Assembly: GCA_040005235.1 (NCBI GenBank) | Contig: JBDTZG010000005.1 | Span: forward strand, 96,001 to 160,000 | DNA: 64,000 bases | Direction: 5' to 3' | Origin: Acidobacteriota bacterium | GTDB lineage: Bacteria; Acidobacteriota; Thermoanaerobaculia; Multivoradales; UBA5704 | Shown: piece by piece, positions 19,133 through 28,108 of the stretch | How the letters are laid out: the number at the start of each line of letters is the position of its first letter | How positions within the stretch are numbered: position 1 is the stretch's first letter | Position numbers and translations under genes: made by a program | The notes under the pieces: model-generated | The model's database searches: none | What the model was told of the DNA's origin: nothing | The model's input: only the letters and a program-made list of their open reading frames with translations

Positions 19133-21294
19133 GCAAGGTGACATCGACAAATCTTTTCCGGGTTTTCGTTTGCGGATCGGGTCTCTCTTTGTTGGGCCTC
19201 GCCGGTCCCTCGGTCGCGCAAAACTGCGCTTCCGACGCCAGTTGCGGCTTCTTGCAATGCAAAACCCCGGCGTCTCCCGTGCCGAGTTCGCTCTGGGGCA
19301 CGCTCAAACCGGTCGATACGACGCCGATGTCGTTCCTACGCGACAACACCGACTTCAACGAGTTCGCCCTGCCGGGCAATCCGGCGGACCGCTATGGCAG
19401 CGCCGAACCGGTCTGGCTGTCGCTCGACATCGACAACGGCTATCTCTATACCGCGATCTCTCATGGCATGCAGATCTGGGATCTGCACACGACTCCCGAG
19501 GCGCCGGCGTTCATCAAGACCGTGGACGGCCCTGCGACTTGGCGCCAGTGGCCCTCCGGTGAGCGCAAGCAGGTGCTCTCGGACATCGCGGTGCAGGGCG
19601 ATCTCGCGGCTCTGGTCGGCCAGCCGAGCGTCGGGATCGCGATCTTCGACAACGCCGACAAGTTCCATCCCCGTTTGGCGTATCAAGACGGCGACAAGAA
19701 CGCCACGCAGGTCTACGCCGCGACGATCGGCGGCCGGGCCTATGCGTTCATCGACGGACACTCGACGGTGACGGGAGAGCTGACCGGGTTGCTCGCCTAC
19801 GACATGACCCGGGCTCGGGATTACAGCGGCTGCCTGGACAACGGCGGCGCGTGCCCAGGGGTGATGGTCCGACAGATCAGCACGGACAGTTCCTTCACCT
19901 ACGTCGATGGAGCGGACAATTTCGTTGTAGCGAGCCGGGGAACGGCGAGAGGAGTCTCGATCTGGAACGTTGCCGACGTCGTCAACCCCGTCTTGAAGCT
20001 CTCGGCGCTCACCGGCGAGTCGGTCTACGGGATTGCGCTCTGGCACGACCTTTCTTCGGGGAAGTACTATCTCGCGACCCGTCACGACGCCGAGGCGCGG
20101 ATCTACGACGTCAGCTGCATCTCGACGACCTCCGGCTGCGCGGGGCTGGGCGCTCCCGTGTGGAGCAAGACGATGTTTGCCGGGACCCCCCAGTTCTACG
20201 TCACGTTTTCCCGCACTCCCACGGCCTCGTATCTGATGTTCGGTTCCGACCAGATCTGCGGCGGCGGCACGGTTCGCGAGGCGGTCTACGATGTCACGAC
20301 GCCTACGGCGCCGGTCGACATGACGCCGTCCCAGATCGTCACGATCGCCGGGATTCCGACCTCGTATTGGACCTGGTATTACCGCGACAGTCCGAGCGGC
20401 TTCAACCGGACCGGTGGGCGGATGGGCAAATTCGTCGGCGACCTCTACTACCGCGCGGCGTACTCGATCTTCGATATTCACAAGCGGACTACGCTCACCG
20501 TACCGAATGCCGATTTCATCGTCCCGTCGCCGATCTACGCGGGGGTGCCCGCGACGTTCAACGACTCGTCCGCGGGAAGCGTTGCGTCTCGAACCTGGAA
20601 TTTCCAAGACGGCGCGGTGGTCGGCGGGACGATCGCCTCCGCCGCTCCCGCCGGTTCGACCGCAAGGAAGGACGTTTCGGCGGGCGCTGCAACCGGGGTT
20701 TCCGCCAATCGCGATTCTCCGGGCCGGCGCGTCTTGCTCGGCGCTTTCGGCAAGGAGCCGGTGACCTTCGTCAACCCGGGTACTCAGCCGCTCTCCCTGG
20801 TCGTTCGCTTCCTGTCCGCCGGGCCGGATGCCGCACTCGCCCGCGGCTCGGAGCGGATCCAGCTCGGACCGAATGAGCGTAGGTCTGTGCCCGGCGATCG
20901 CTGGGGGAGCGGCCCGGGCGCTCTGGTGATCGAAAGCGGCGAGGCCGGCGGCCGGTTGCCGAAGATCGAATCGGCGATCTCGGTCCTCTCCGAGCGGGAG
21001 GCGGCCAAAGGGGGAGAAGTCTGGAACTTGACCGGGCTCCGCGCGACGCGCGACCTCAAGACGACGATTCTCCTGTTCAACCCCACCGACCAATCCGCCT
21101 CGGTCGATCTCGTCTACCGCGCGGCCGACGGATCGGTGCTTGGCGCCCTCCGCGACCTCGACGTGGCGCCAGGCCTGCGCGCGGTTCGCGCCGCATCCCA
21201 TCCGATCGGAACGGCCGACGCCTTCTCGGTCGAGGTCGAGGTGCGGTCGGGAACCGTCCTGGCGAATGCCCGGGTCGCCGGGCCTCGGCCGTGA
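19129..21294 (+). CDS. Secreted paralog of the 12904-17604 protein lacking most PKD domains
   Basis: Shared AQNC..CGF..CKTPA, RDNTDFNEF, GLLAY.MTRAR and GFNR...RMGKF motifs. Confidence 0.85.
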   Translation: MSKVTSTNLFRVFVCGSGLSLLGLAGPSVAQNCASDASCGFLQCKTPASPVPSSLWGTLKPVDTTPMSFLRDNTDFNEFALPGNPADRYGSAEPVWLSLDIDNGYLYTAISHGMQIWDLHTTPEAPAFIKTVDGPATWRQWPSGERKQVLSDIAVQGDLAALVGQPSVGIAIFDNADKFHPRLAYQDGDKNATQVYAATIGGRAYAFIDGHSTVTGELTGLLAYDMTRARDYSGCLDNGGACPGVMVRQISTDSSFTYVDGADNFVVASRGTARGVSIWNVADVVNPVLKLSALTGESVYGIALWHDLSSGKYYLATRHDAEARIYDVSCISTTSGCAGLGAPVWSKTMFAGTPQFYVTFSRTPTASYLMFGSDQICGGGTVREAVYDVTTPTAPVDMTPSQIVTIAGIPTSYWTWYYRDSPSGFNRTGGRMGKFVGDLYYRAAYSIFDIHKRTTLTVPNADFIVPSPIYAGVPATFNDSSAGSVASRTWNFQDGAVVGGTIASAAPAGSTARKDVSAGAATGVSANRDSPGRRVLLGAFGKEPVTFVNPGTQPLSLVVRFLSAGPDAALARGSERIQLGPNERRSVPGDRWGSGPGALVIESGEAGGRLPKIESAISVLSEREAAKGGEVWNLTGLRATRDLKTTILLFNPTDQSASVDLVYRAADGSVLGALRDLDVAPGLRAVRAASHPIGTADAFSVEVEVRSGTVLANARVAGPRP

Positions 21295-21319
21295 CGAGAC
21301 CGTGACTCGGCGATAAACC

Positions 21320-22264
21320 GTGCTGCCGGCCGATCTTGCCCCGCAAGCCGCCGCGGCTGGTCTCGCTTCGACCTCCGACCAGGCCGCGAAACTCGCGGCC
21401 TGGTTAATTTCCGAAGCGCGGCGCGATCCCGCGGCGCGCCGTTATCTCTATTTCCTCAAATCGTCGTACGAGACGTTTCACGCAATCGAGGAGTGCTTTC
21501 CCCGTTCACCGGATGTAGCCGGTGGCGGTATCGGCACCTCGCCCGAAGAGCTGCTCCATATCGCGAACCACCTGTACCTCCTGGTTTCCGCCGGAGTGCC
21601 GGGCGTCCTACTCGAATGCGGGTGCTTCAAGGGGTTTTCTTCCAGCTGCCTGAGCCACGCCTGTGCCTTTTTAGGTCGCGATCTGGTCGTGGCCGATTCG
21701 TTCCAGGGCCTGCCCGGTGAGGCCGGGGCAGGGGAGGAAGGGTACCGCCCCGGCGATTTTCGCGGCGCCCGAGCAGAGGTCGAAGCCAACGTCCGCCTGT
21801 TCGGCCGCCTCGAGCGGGTACGCTTCGTCGAAGGCTGGTTCCGCGACACGTTGCCGCATCTCCCCGATCCGGTCGCCCTGCTCTGGATGGACGTCGACCT
21901 CTACGCTTCCGCGACGGACGTGCTCGAATCCACCTTGCAGAAACTCGACCCTCGGGCCGCGATCTTCAGCCATGAGTTTTTGCCCGAGCAGATCAATGCG
22001 GACGGGCGCATCGTCCACCCACACGAGCCGCCCGGAGCGATCCGCGACGCCTTCGTTGCCCGTGGCGTCGAGGAACGGGCAGTCCACCTGGCAGGTTGGC
22101 TTGCCCGGATCGACCGGCCTGAGACGGTGGGGATTGGATCGGAGTCTCTGGTGCGTGCGCTGCTCCCCCACCTGAGAGACCTGGATCACCGTGCCCGGAC
22201 CGCAAAGCAGGCGATCGGCCTGAAGCCTGCGCTCCGCGACTGGCTTCGGCGGAGGCTTGGGTAG
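21320..22264 (+). CDS. TylF/MycF/NovP-family O-methyltransferase
   Basis: ECGCFKGFSS, DSFQGLP, VEGWFRDTLP and DVDLY motifs. Confidence 0.88.
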   Translation: MLPADLAPQAAAAGLASTSDQAAKLAAWLISEARRDPAARRYLYFLKSSYETFHAIEECFPRSPDVAGGGIGTSPEELLHIANHLYLLVSAGVPGVLLECGCFKGFSSSCLSHACAFLGRDLVVADSFQGLPGEAGAGEEGYRPGDFRGARAEVEANVRLFGRLERVRFVEGWFRDTLPHLPDPVALLWMDVDLYASATDVLESTLQKLDPRAAIFSHEFLPEQINADGRIVHPHEPPGAIRDAFVARGVEERAVHLAGWLARIDRPETVGIGSESLVRALLPHLRDLDHRARTAKQAIGLKPALRDWLRRRLG

Positions 22265-22356
22265 GCTCTTCAGCCTGCCGCAACGAAGTCTGGCCGAAGT
22301 TGCAAGAGTGAAGGGGGTCATTTACGTCCTTTAAGCGGCAGGAGGTACGTGCCGCT

Positions 22357-23310
22357 ATGACCAGCCACGACCAGTTGTGGAAGGACCTGTTTCGGACCTT
22401 TTTCCCCGATCTGCTGTTTTTGCTCGACTCCGACCTCGCGACTCGCCTTGTCGGGAGCCTCGGTCCGGGAGGATTCACCTTCCTGGATAAAGAGGTGTTC
22501 CACGATCTGCCGGAGGGCGATCGACATGAGGTCGACCTTCTCGCAGAGGCTCTCGATTCCGCCTCCGGACGGAAACTGCGCGTCCATATAGAGATCGAGC
22601 GCCGCTTCGGCGGCAAGATCGGCCGCCGCGTCGCGCGCTACTCTTACCATCTCTATCTGCGCGACCCCGGACCGGTGGTTTCGATCGTCGTCTTCATGCG
22701 CGGCGGCCCGGCCGGCGCCCGCTGGACGGAGCACGTCGAGCGAGCGTTCGATCGAGAGATCCTTTGCTTCAACTACCTGTCGCTCGGCTTGTCGAAGCTT
22801 CCGGCGAGGAAGATGCTCGATCGGCCGGAGCCGCTCGCCTGGGCGTTCGCCGCCCTCGCTTGGCCGGGCAGGATGGGCCGAGCCCGGTTGAAGTTGGAGC
22901 TTCTGCGGAAGATTGCCACCGCCCGGCTGAACGAGGTCGAGCGATTTCTGTTGGCCAACTGCGCGCAAACTTACCTACAATTGGCAGGAAGCGATGCGGA
23001 GGAGTACGCCGCGATGCGCCTCGCCCAAGAGAATCCGGAGGTCGAAGCGATGGAAATGACATGGGCCGAGCAGATGGTAGCGGAGTACCGGCAGAAGTTT
23101 CTTGCTGAGGGCCTTGAGCAGGGCCTCGAGCAGGGAGTCGAGCAAGGCGTCCGAAGCACTCTGCTCCGGCAAATCCTGCGGCGGTTCGGGGAGGTCCCGC
23201 CTGCGGTTCGGGCGAGGGTTGAGGCGATCGATTCGCTTGACGAGTTGGGCGGCCTCACCGAGCGGATTTTGGAGGTGAAGTCGATCGAGGAGCTGGGGCT
23301 GGGGCACTAG
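22357..23310 (+). CDS. Rpn/YhgA-like PD-(D/E)xK nuclease with DUF4351-like C-terminal tail
   Basis: HDQLWKDLFRTFF, EVDLL and VHIEIE motifs; EGLEQGLEQGVEQG repeat; RRFG tail. Confidence 0.85.
   Translation: MTSHDQLWKDLFRTFFPDLLFLLDSDLATRLVGSLGPGGFTFLDKEVFHDLPEGDRHEVDLLAEALDSASGRKLRVHIEIERRFGGKIGRRVARYSYHLYLRDPGPVVSIVVFMRGGPAGARWTEHVERAFDREILCFNYLSLGLSKLPARKMLDRPEPLAWAFAALAWPGRMGRARLKLELLRKIATARLNEVERFLLANCAQTYLQLAGSDAEEYAAMRLAQENPEVEAMEMTWAEQMVAEYRQKFLAEGLEQGLEQGVEQGVRSTLLRQILRRFGEVPPAVRARVEAIDSLDELGGLTERILEVKSIEELGLGH
23050..23310 (+). CDS. Putative nested in-frame small Rpn protein (RpnS-like antitoxin)
   Basis: GGAGG at 23037-23041, 8 nt before the in-frame ATG at 23050. Confidence 0.55.
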   Translation: MEMTWAEQMVAEYRQKFLAEGLEQGLEQGVEQGVRSTLLRQILRRFGEVPPAVRARVEAIDSLDELGGLTERILEVKSIEELGLGH

Positions 23311-23381
23311 CCGCGCCCCTGGTGGGCCGGTCGAGGCCTTCCCGGCCTCGGCCCGTGCCGAACGGGTAGAATCCCCGTTCG

Positions 23382-24695
23382 ATGGCTGATCCGGCGGTCC
23401 AGGTCCAGAATCTCGAAAAGGTGTATCGGGTCTATGCCCAGCCATGGCATCGGCTGCTGGTGCCTTTTGGCGGCAGGCCGAGACATCGGGAGTTTCGGGC
23501 TTTGGATGGGGTGAGCTTCGATCTGCCGCAGGGCCAGGGGCTCGCGATCGTCGGGGAGAACGGCGCGGGGAAGTCGACCCTGCTCAAGATTCTCGCCGGG
23601 ATCACCAGCCCCAGCGCGGGACGGTCGGAGGTTCGCGGGAAGATCGCCTCGATCTTGGAGCTGGGATCGGGGTTTCACCCGGAGTTCACCGGGCGCCAGA
23701 ACATCGTGCTGAACGCCGCGATGCTCGGGCTTTCGGAGGGGGAGGTCCGGGAAAAGACGCCCGCGATCCTCGATTTCGCGGAGCTGGGCGACTTCATCGA
23801 TCAGCCGGTGAAGGTCTATTCGACCGGCATGGCGATGAGGCTCGGTTTCGCGATCGCCACCCAGGTTGAGCCCGACGTGTTGATCATCGACGAGGCGCTC
23901 TCGGTGGGCGACGGCTATTTCCAGAAGAAGTGCATGGATCGGCTGGAACGATTCGTCGGCGCCGGGGGCACCCTGCTGTTCTGCTCGCATGCGATGTACT
24001 ACGTCTCGGCCTTCTGCCAGCAGGCGCTTTGGCTCAAGAACGGCCGGCCGCAGGCGCTCGGCCCGGTGCTCGACGTAATCCACGAGTACGAGAACTTCCT
24101 GGTGAAGAAGAGCGGCTCCGCCGCTTCTCGGGGGGACGAACCGGTTCCGGTTGCCGCTTCGGATCAAGAGTCGGCGGCGATTCCAGAACCGACGGTCGCC
24201 GGTCTCGCGCGGCTGATCGGGGTTCGCCAGTTGGCCGTCCCGGGCACGGAGCGTGGAGGAAAAGGCGGTACCGAGGCGGACCCCTCCCGGTACGCGTCCG
24301 GCTCGCCGTTCCGGCTGGAAGTCTCCTGGGCGACCGACGATCCGACACTGGGATTCCACCTCGGGGTCGGGATCAACCGGACCGACGGAGTCGAAGTCTG
24401 CTCGTTTTCGACCCACCTGGATGGTCTGCCGGCAGTCTCCGGAGAGCGAAGATACGAGGTCGTGCTCGACGTTCCGGCCCTTCCGATCGTCAAGGGCGAG
24501 TTCTCTCTCTACGTCTTCCTCCTCGACCACCGGTCGCTCCACGTCTACGACCAACGGCTGCTCCGGGCGGCTTTTGCGGTCGAGAGCGCGGACTACCGAA
24601 TTGGCCTGATCAACGTCGAGCACGCTTGGGACGTACAATGGAGCGGCCGAAGGCTTCTTCCAACTTCTCAAGCGAACGATGAGCTTCCCGCATGA
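23382..24695 (+). CDS. wzt: ABC polysaccharide export ATPase with C-terminal carbohydrate-binding domain
   Basis: GENGAGKST, YSTGMAMRLGF and LIIDEALSVGD motifs; Wzt-C extension. Confidence 0.92.
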   Translation: MADPAVQVQNLEKVYRVYAQPWHRLLVPFGGRPRHREFRALDGVSFDLPQGQGLAIVGENGAGKSTLLKILAGITSPSAGRSEVRGKIASILELGSGFHPEFTGRQNIVLNAAMLGLSEGEVREKTPAILDFAELGDFIDQPVKVYSTGMAMRLGFAIATQVEPDVLIIDEALSVGDGYFQKKCMDRLERFVGAGGTLLFCSHAMYYVSAFCQQALWLKNGRPQALGPVLDVIHEYENFLVKKSGSAASRGDEPVPVAASDQESAAIPEPTVAGLARLIGVRQLAVPGTERGGKGGTEADPSRYASGSPFRLEVSWATDDPTLGFHLGVGINRTDGVEVCSFSTHLDGLPAVSGERRYEVVLDVPALPIVKGEFSLYVFLLDHRSLHVYDQRLLRAAFAVESADYRIGLINVEHAWDVQWSGRRLLPTSQANDELPA

Positions 24696-25813
24696 ATGAT
24701 GAATTCCGGACCGCGCTTGCGGTTCTGCCCGAAGAGCCGGCAACCCGGCTCGCGCTCCACCCGTTCGCCCATGTCGATGCGGCGCGGATCTACCATCCCC
24801 TCACGGGCGTCGAGCTGACCCCCGGTACGCCGGGGTACGCCGAGATCTCGCGCCTGGCCTCCGGCTTTTCGGCAGTCGAGGATCTGGCGCCGGAAGTGCG
24901 CGAACGGCTCATTGCGGGGCGCTGGCTGCTTCCGGCAGGGGAAGATCCGTCGAAGGAGTTCCGGCTCCGGATCGTCTCGCTCGAAGCGCATACGGTGTGC
25001 AACCAGGCCTGCTACTTCTGCCCGGTCTCGATCGCGCCGCGCGAGGACTACTTCATGCCGACCGCGCTGTACGAGCGGATCGTTGGGGAGCTGGCCGCCT
25101 TCCGCGAGACGATCGAAGCGGTGTTCATGATCAATTACAACGAACCGACGCTCGACAAGCGGTTCGTCGAGCAGGTCCGGACGATCCGCGCCGCCGGGCT
25201 TCCGCCCGCCGTGCTGACGAACGGCTCCGGCCTCACTCCCGACCGGATCGACGCGCTGGTCGAGATGGGCGGCCTGCGGTTCCTCTCGATCAACCTCTCG
25301 ACGCTCGATCGCGAGCGCTACAAGACCGAACGCGGGGGAGACCAACTGCCGCTGGTGCTCAAGAACTTGGAGTACGCCAAGGACAAAGCGGTCGCCGAAA
25401 AGATGGATGTGATCGTGCTCGGCACCGGCGACGAAAACCACCAACGCGATTTCGCCGAGATCGGCGAACGGTTCGCAGGCAGCCGCTTCGAGGTCAAGTC
25501 GTTCGAGGTGATGGATCGCGCCGGGTATCTTCAGATCGGCCTTGGGGTTCAGCGCGACGGCAAGAAGCTGCGCGGCTGCGACAACTTGGGCTCGCGACCG
25601 ATCGAGCACCTGCACATCACACCTCGCGCCCAGGTGGTGCTCTGCTGCGAGGACTACGACGAGTTCCACATTGTGGGCGATCTGGCGGAGACCTCGGTGC
25701 TCGACGTGCTGCGTGGCCCCGAGCTGGCAAAGATGCGGCGGATGATCTACGGCCTCGACGAGGCACCAGCGAATTTCATCTGCAACAAATGCACGTTCGC
25801 GCGCCGGGCGTGA
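24692..25813 (+). CDS. Radical SAM protein with SPASM/twitch domain
   Basis: CNQACYFC motif; C-terminal C...CC.D...C..C. Confidence 0.9.
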   Translation: MNDEFRTALAVLPEEPATRLALHPFAHVDAARIYHPLTGVELTPGTPGYAEISRLASGFSAVEDLAPEVRERLIAGRWLLPAGEDPSKEFRLRIVSLEAHTVCNQACYFCPVSIAPREDYFMPTALYERIVGELAAFRETIEAVFMINYNEPTLDKRFVEQVRTIRAAGLPPAVLTNGSGLTPDRIDALVEMGGLRFLSINLSTLDRERYKTERGGDQLPLVLKNLEYAKDKAVAEKMDVIVLGTGDENHQRDFAEIGERFAGSRFEVKSFEVMDRAGYLQIGLGVQRDGKKLRGCDNLGSRPIEHLHITPRAQVVLCCEDYDEFHIVGDLAETSVLDVLRGPELAKMRRMIYGLDEAPANFICNKCTFARRA

Positions 25814-26985
25814 TTCCGCCCGCGGCGGATCTTTCCTCCGACTCCGCGGCCGACGGTCGCCTGCCCGTGCGCCTCGCGATCGTCATCGTCCACTACCGGA
25901 CGCCGGATCTCGCCGCGGAATGCGTCGCCGCGCTACGTGCCGACTCCCCTGGATCCGAGGCGCGCATCGTCCTGGTCGACAACGGCAGCGACGCCGAAGG
26001 ACGGGAGCGGCTCCACCAACTTTCGATCGAGATCATCGAGCCGGGTGAGAATCTCGGATTTGGCGGTGGGGTGAACCGGGGGGTTGCCTACTGTCTGGAG
26101 GCCGGATCCAAAGATCCCGTCGACGCGATCGTAATCCTCAATCCCGACGTGCTGGTCCGGCCGGGGTGCCTCGCGGCGTTGCTCGCAGAGCTGGATCGGG
26201 GGGCGGCGGTGGCGGGTCCCAAGTTCTATTGGGACCGGGGCGAGCGACTTCTCCTTCCGCCCACCGAGCGGCGCACCCGGCGCGATGAACTGCGCGCCGC
26301 GGCGGCGCACCGGGGCGGCGCCCGCGCCGACCGGGCCCGCGCCCATTGGCGGGACCACGCGAGGGAGCATTGGCTGGCGGCGGAGCCACTCAGAACCCCC
26401 TGGCTCTCCGGAGGGTTGCTCGCGATCCGCCGCGACGCCTGGGAGGCGGTCGGCCCGTTCGACGAGGGGTACCGGCTCTATTTCGAGGAGACCGATTGGC
26501 TGATGCGCCTTGCGGCCCGCGGGCTCGACCCGCGGTGGGTGCCCGCCGCCCGTGCGGTTCACCTGTACGCCCAGAGCGCGTTGCGCGAACCGGCGTCCCA
26601 GGCCTGGTTCGAGGAGTCGGCGGAGCGCTTCCGCCACCGGTGGTACGGCGTAGGATTCTCCCGCCTGCTCGCCTCGGTCGCCCCCGCGGAGGCGGTAACG
26701 GTCGATCCGTTGCCCTCTTTACTTTCCGAAGGTCTCGACCAGGACGCGCTCGTGGCGAGGCTGCCGGGTGGATCAGGCACGATCTGGATCGAAGTCTCGC
26801 CGAGCCTCTGGGGGTTTCCGGCCGCCGCGGAGCGGATCGAGATCCCGAGCGGATTCTGGCGCCTGCCCGAAGAGATCGCCGAGCGGCTGCCCGCTGGAGA
26901 GTGGACGGTGCTCGCGAGCGACGAGGCCGGGCGCGAGCTGGGCCGCTGGGCGGTGTCTTCCGGCGCTACGGGAGTCCAACGGTGA
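25810..26985 (+). CDS. GT2 glycosyltransferase
   Basis: IVHY, VDNGS, NLGFGGGVNRG, LNPD and FDEGYRLYFEETD motifs; GTG overlaps the upstream stop. Confidence 0.9.
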   Translation: MIPPAADLSSDSAADGRLPVRLAIVIVHYRTPDLAAECVAALRADSPGSEARIVLVDNGSDAEGRERLHQLSIEIIEPGENLGFGGGVNRGVAYCLEAGSKDPVDAIVILNPDVLVRPGCLAALLAELDRGAAVAGPKFYWDRGERLLLPPTERRTRRDELRAAAAHRGGARADRARAHWRDHAREHWLAAEPLRTPWLSGGLLAIRRDAWEAVGPFDEGYRLYFEETDWLMRLAARGLDPRWVPAARAVHLYAQSALREPASQAWFEESAERFRHRWYGVGFSRLLASVAPAEAVTVDPLPSLLSEGLDQDALVARLPGGSGTIWIEVSPSLWGFPAAAERIEIPSGFWRLPEEIAERLPAGEWTVLASDEAGRELGRWAVSSGATGVQR

Positions 26986-28061
26986 AGCTTCTCTATCTCC
27001 TCCCGAATCCGGAGCTGAACGGCGGCAACAAAGTCGTGTTCCAGCACGCCGAGCTGCTCCGCCGACTCGGTCACCAGGTGACGATCGCGGCGGAGGGGGC
27101 GCGGCCGACCTGGGTTCCCTTCGGCGGCACCTATCTCGACCGGACGCAGACGGCTCAGACGACCGATCGGTTCGATCTGGTAATAGCGACGTATTGGACG
27201 ACGGTCCGCCAGGCGCTCGATCTGGACCTCGGGCCGGTCGCCCATTTTTGTCAGGGGTACGAAGGATCGCTCGAACATCTTCAGCCTTGCCTTCCCGAGA
27301 TCGAGGCGGTCTATCGCGAGCCGCTGCCGACGCTGGTCGTTTCGCCGCACCTCGCGCCGTTCCTTCGCGAGCGCTTCGGTCGCGAGTCGGCGATTGCGCC
27401 GCCGTCGCTCGATCCGCGCTTTACGCCAGAGGACCGGCCGGGGCCGGGCGGGATTCCCTGGATCGCCCTACCGGGCATCTTCGCCGCTCCGGTCAAGGGA
27501 GTGCCCACGGCGCTAGCGGCGATTGCCCGCCTTCGCGAACGAGGTCTTCCCGCTCGGGTCCTGCGCTTTTCGATCTTGCCACTCGACGCCGAAGAGAGAA
27601 AGCAGCTCGAACCCGATCGCTACCTCTGTGGCGTTTCGCCCGAAGTGATCGCCCACGAGGTCGCCTCCGCGGACCTCCTCCTGCTCCCCTCGCGAGAAGG
27701 GGAAGGCTTCGGCCTGCCGTTGCTCGAAGCGATGGCCGCTGGAACCCCCGCCGTGGCCTCGGCGATCCCCTCGATCCGCGGCTTCGCGACCGGCGCGGCG
27801 TCGCTGGTTCCGCCCGGCGATTCCGCAGCGATGGCGGACGCGGCAGAGCGCCTGCTGCTCGACCGCCGAAAGTGGCTCCGGGCGCGCCGGGCGGGGCTTG
27901 CCGCCGCTTCGCGTTTCCGCCCCGAAGAGGTGGCAGCGATCGTCGAAGGCGCTGTCGCCTGGGCGGCTCGGAAGGCGGGGAGCCGCGGCCTTGGGGCTCG
28001 AACGACCGAGGCGGGATCGGGGCGAAGGGTAGCTCCCCAAACCGCTGGCCCCTTGGAGTAA
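26982..28061 (+). CDS. GT4 glycosyltransferase
   Basis: GGNKVV; EGFGLPLLEAMAAG. Confidence 0.9.
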   Translation: MKLLYLLPNPELNGGNKVVFQHAELLRRLGHQVTIAAEGARPTWVPFGGTYLDRTQTAQTTDRFDLVIATYWTTVRQALDLDLGPVAHFCQGYEGSLEHLQPCLPEIEAVYREPLPTLVVSPHLAPFLRERFGRESAIAPPSLDPRFTPEDRPGPGGIPWIALPGIFAAPVKGVPTALAAIARLRERGLPARVLRFSILPLDAEERKQLEPDRYLCGVSPEVIAHEVASADLLLLPSREGEGFGLPLLEAMAAGTPAVASAIPSIRGFATGAASLVPPGDSAAMADAAERLLLDRRKWLRARRAGLAAASRFRPEEVAAIVEGAVAWAARKAGSRGLGARTTEAGSGRRVAPQTAGPLE

Positions 28062-28108
28062 CGTATTACGCCATACCGGGAGTGAACTTCATACAGCTCC
28101 AAGAGGTG

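Noticed and set aside
12904-21294. Diversity-generating retroelement (TR/VR pair) between the paralogs
   Set aside because: No reverse transcriptase, and the divergence is general rather than adenine-specific
24997-25809. Long N-terminal extension of GT2 (likewise the GT4, hslO and speB extensions)
   Set aside because: High-GC open frames overlapping real neighbouring genes; coupled or RBS-supported internal starts fit better
24692-25813. Radical SAM enzyme as RiPP maturase for the 48-aa peptide
   Set aside because: About 18 kb away, on the opposite strand, and translationally coupled to glycan export and glycosyltransferase genes
26768-28108. 1333-aa version of the kinase
   Set aside because: The extension overlaps the GT4 gene in another frame and is Arg/Pro-rich noise; the RBS supports a start near 28109-28115
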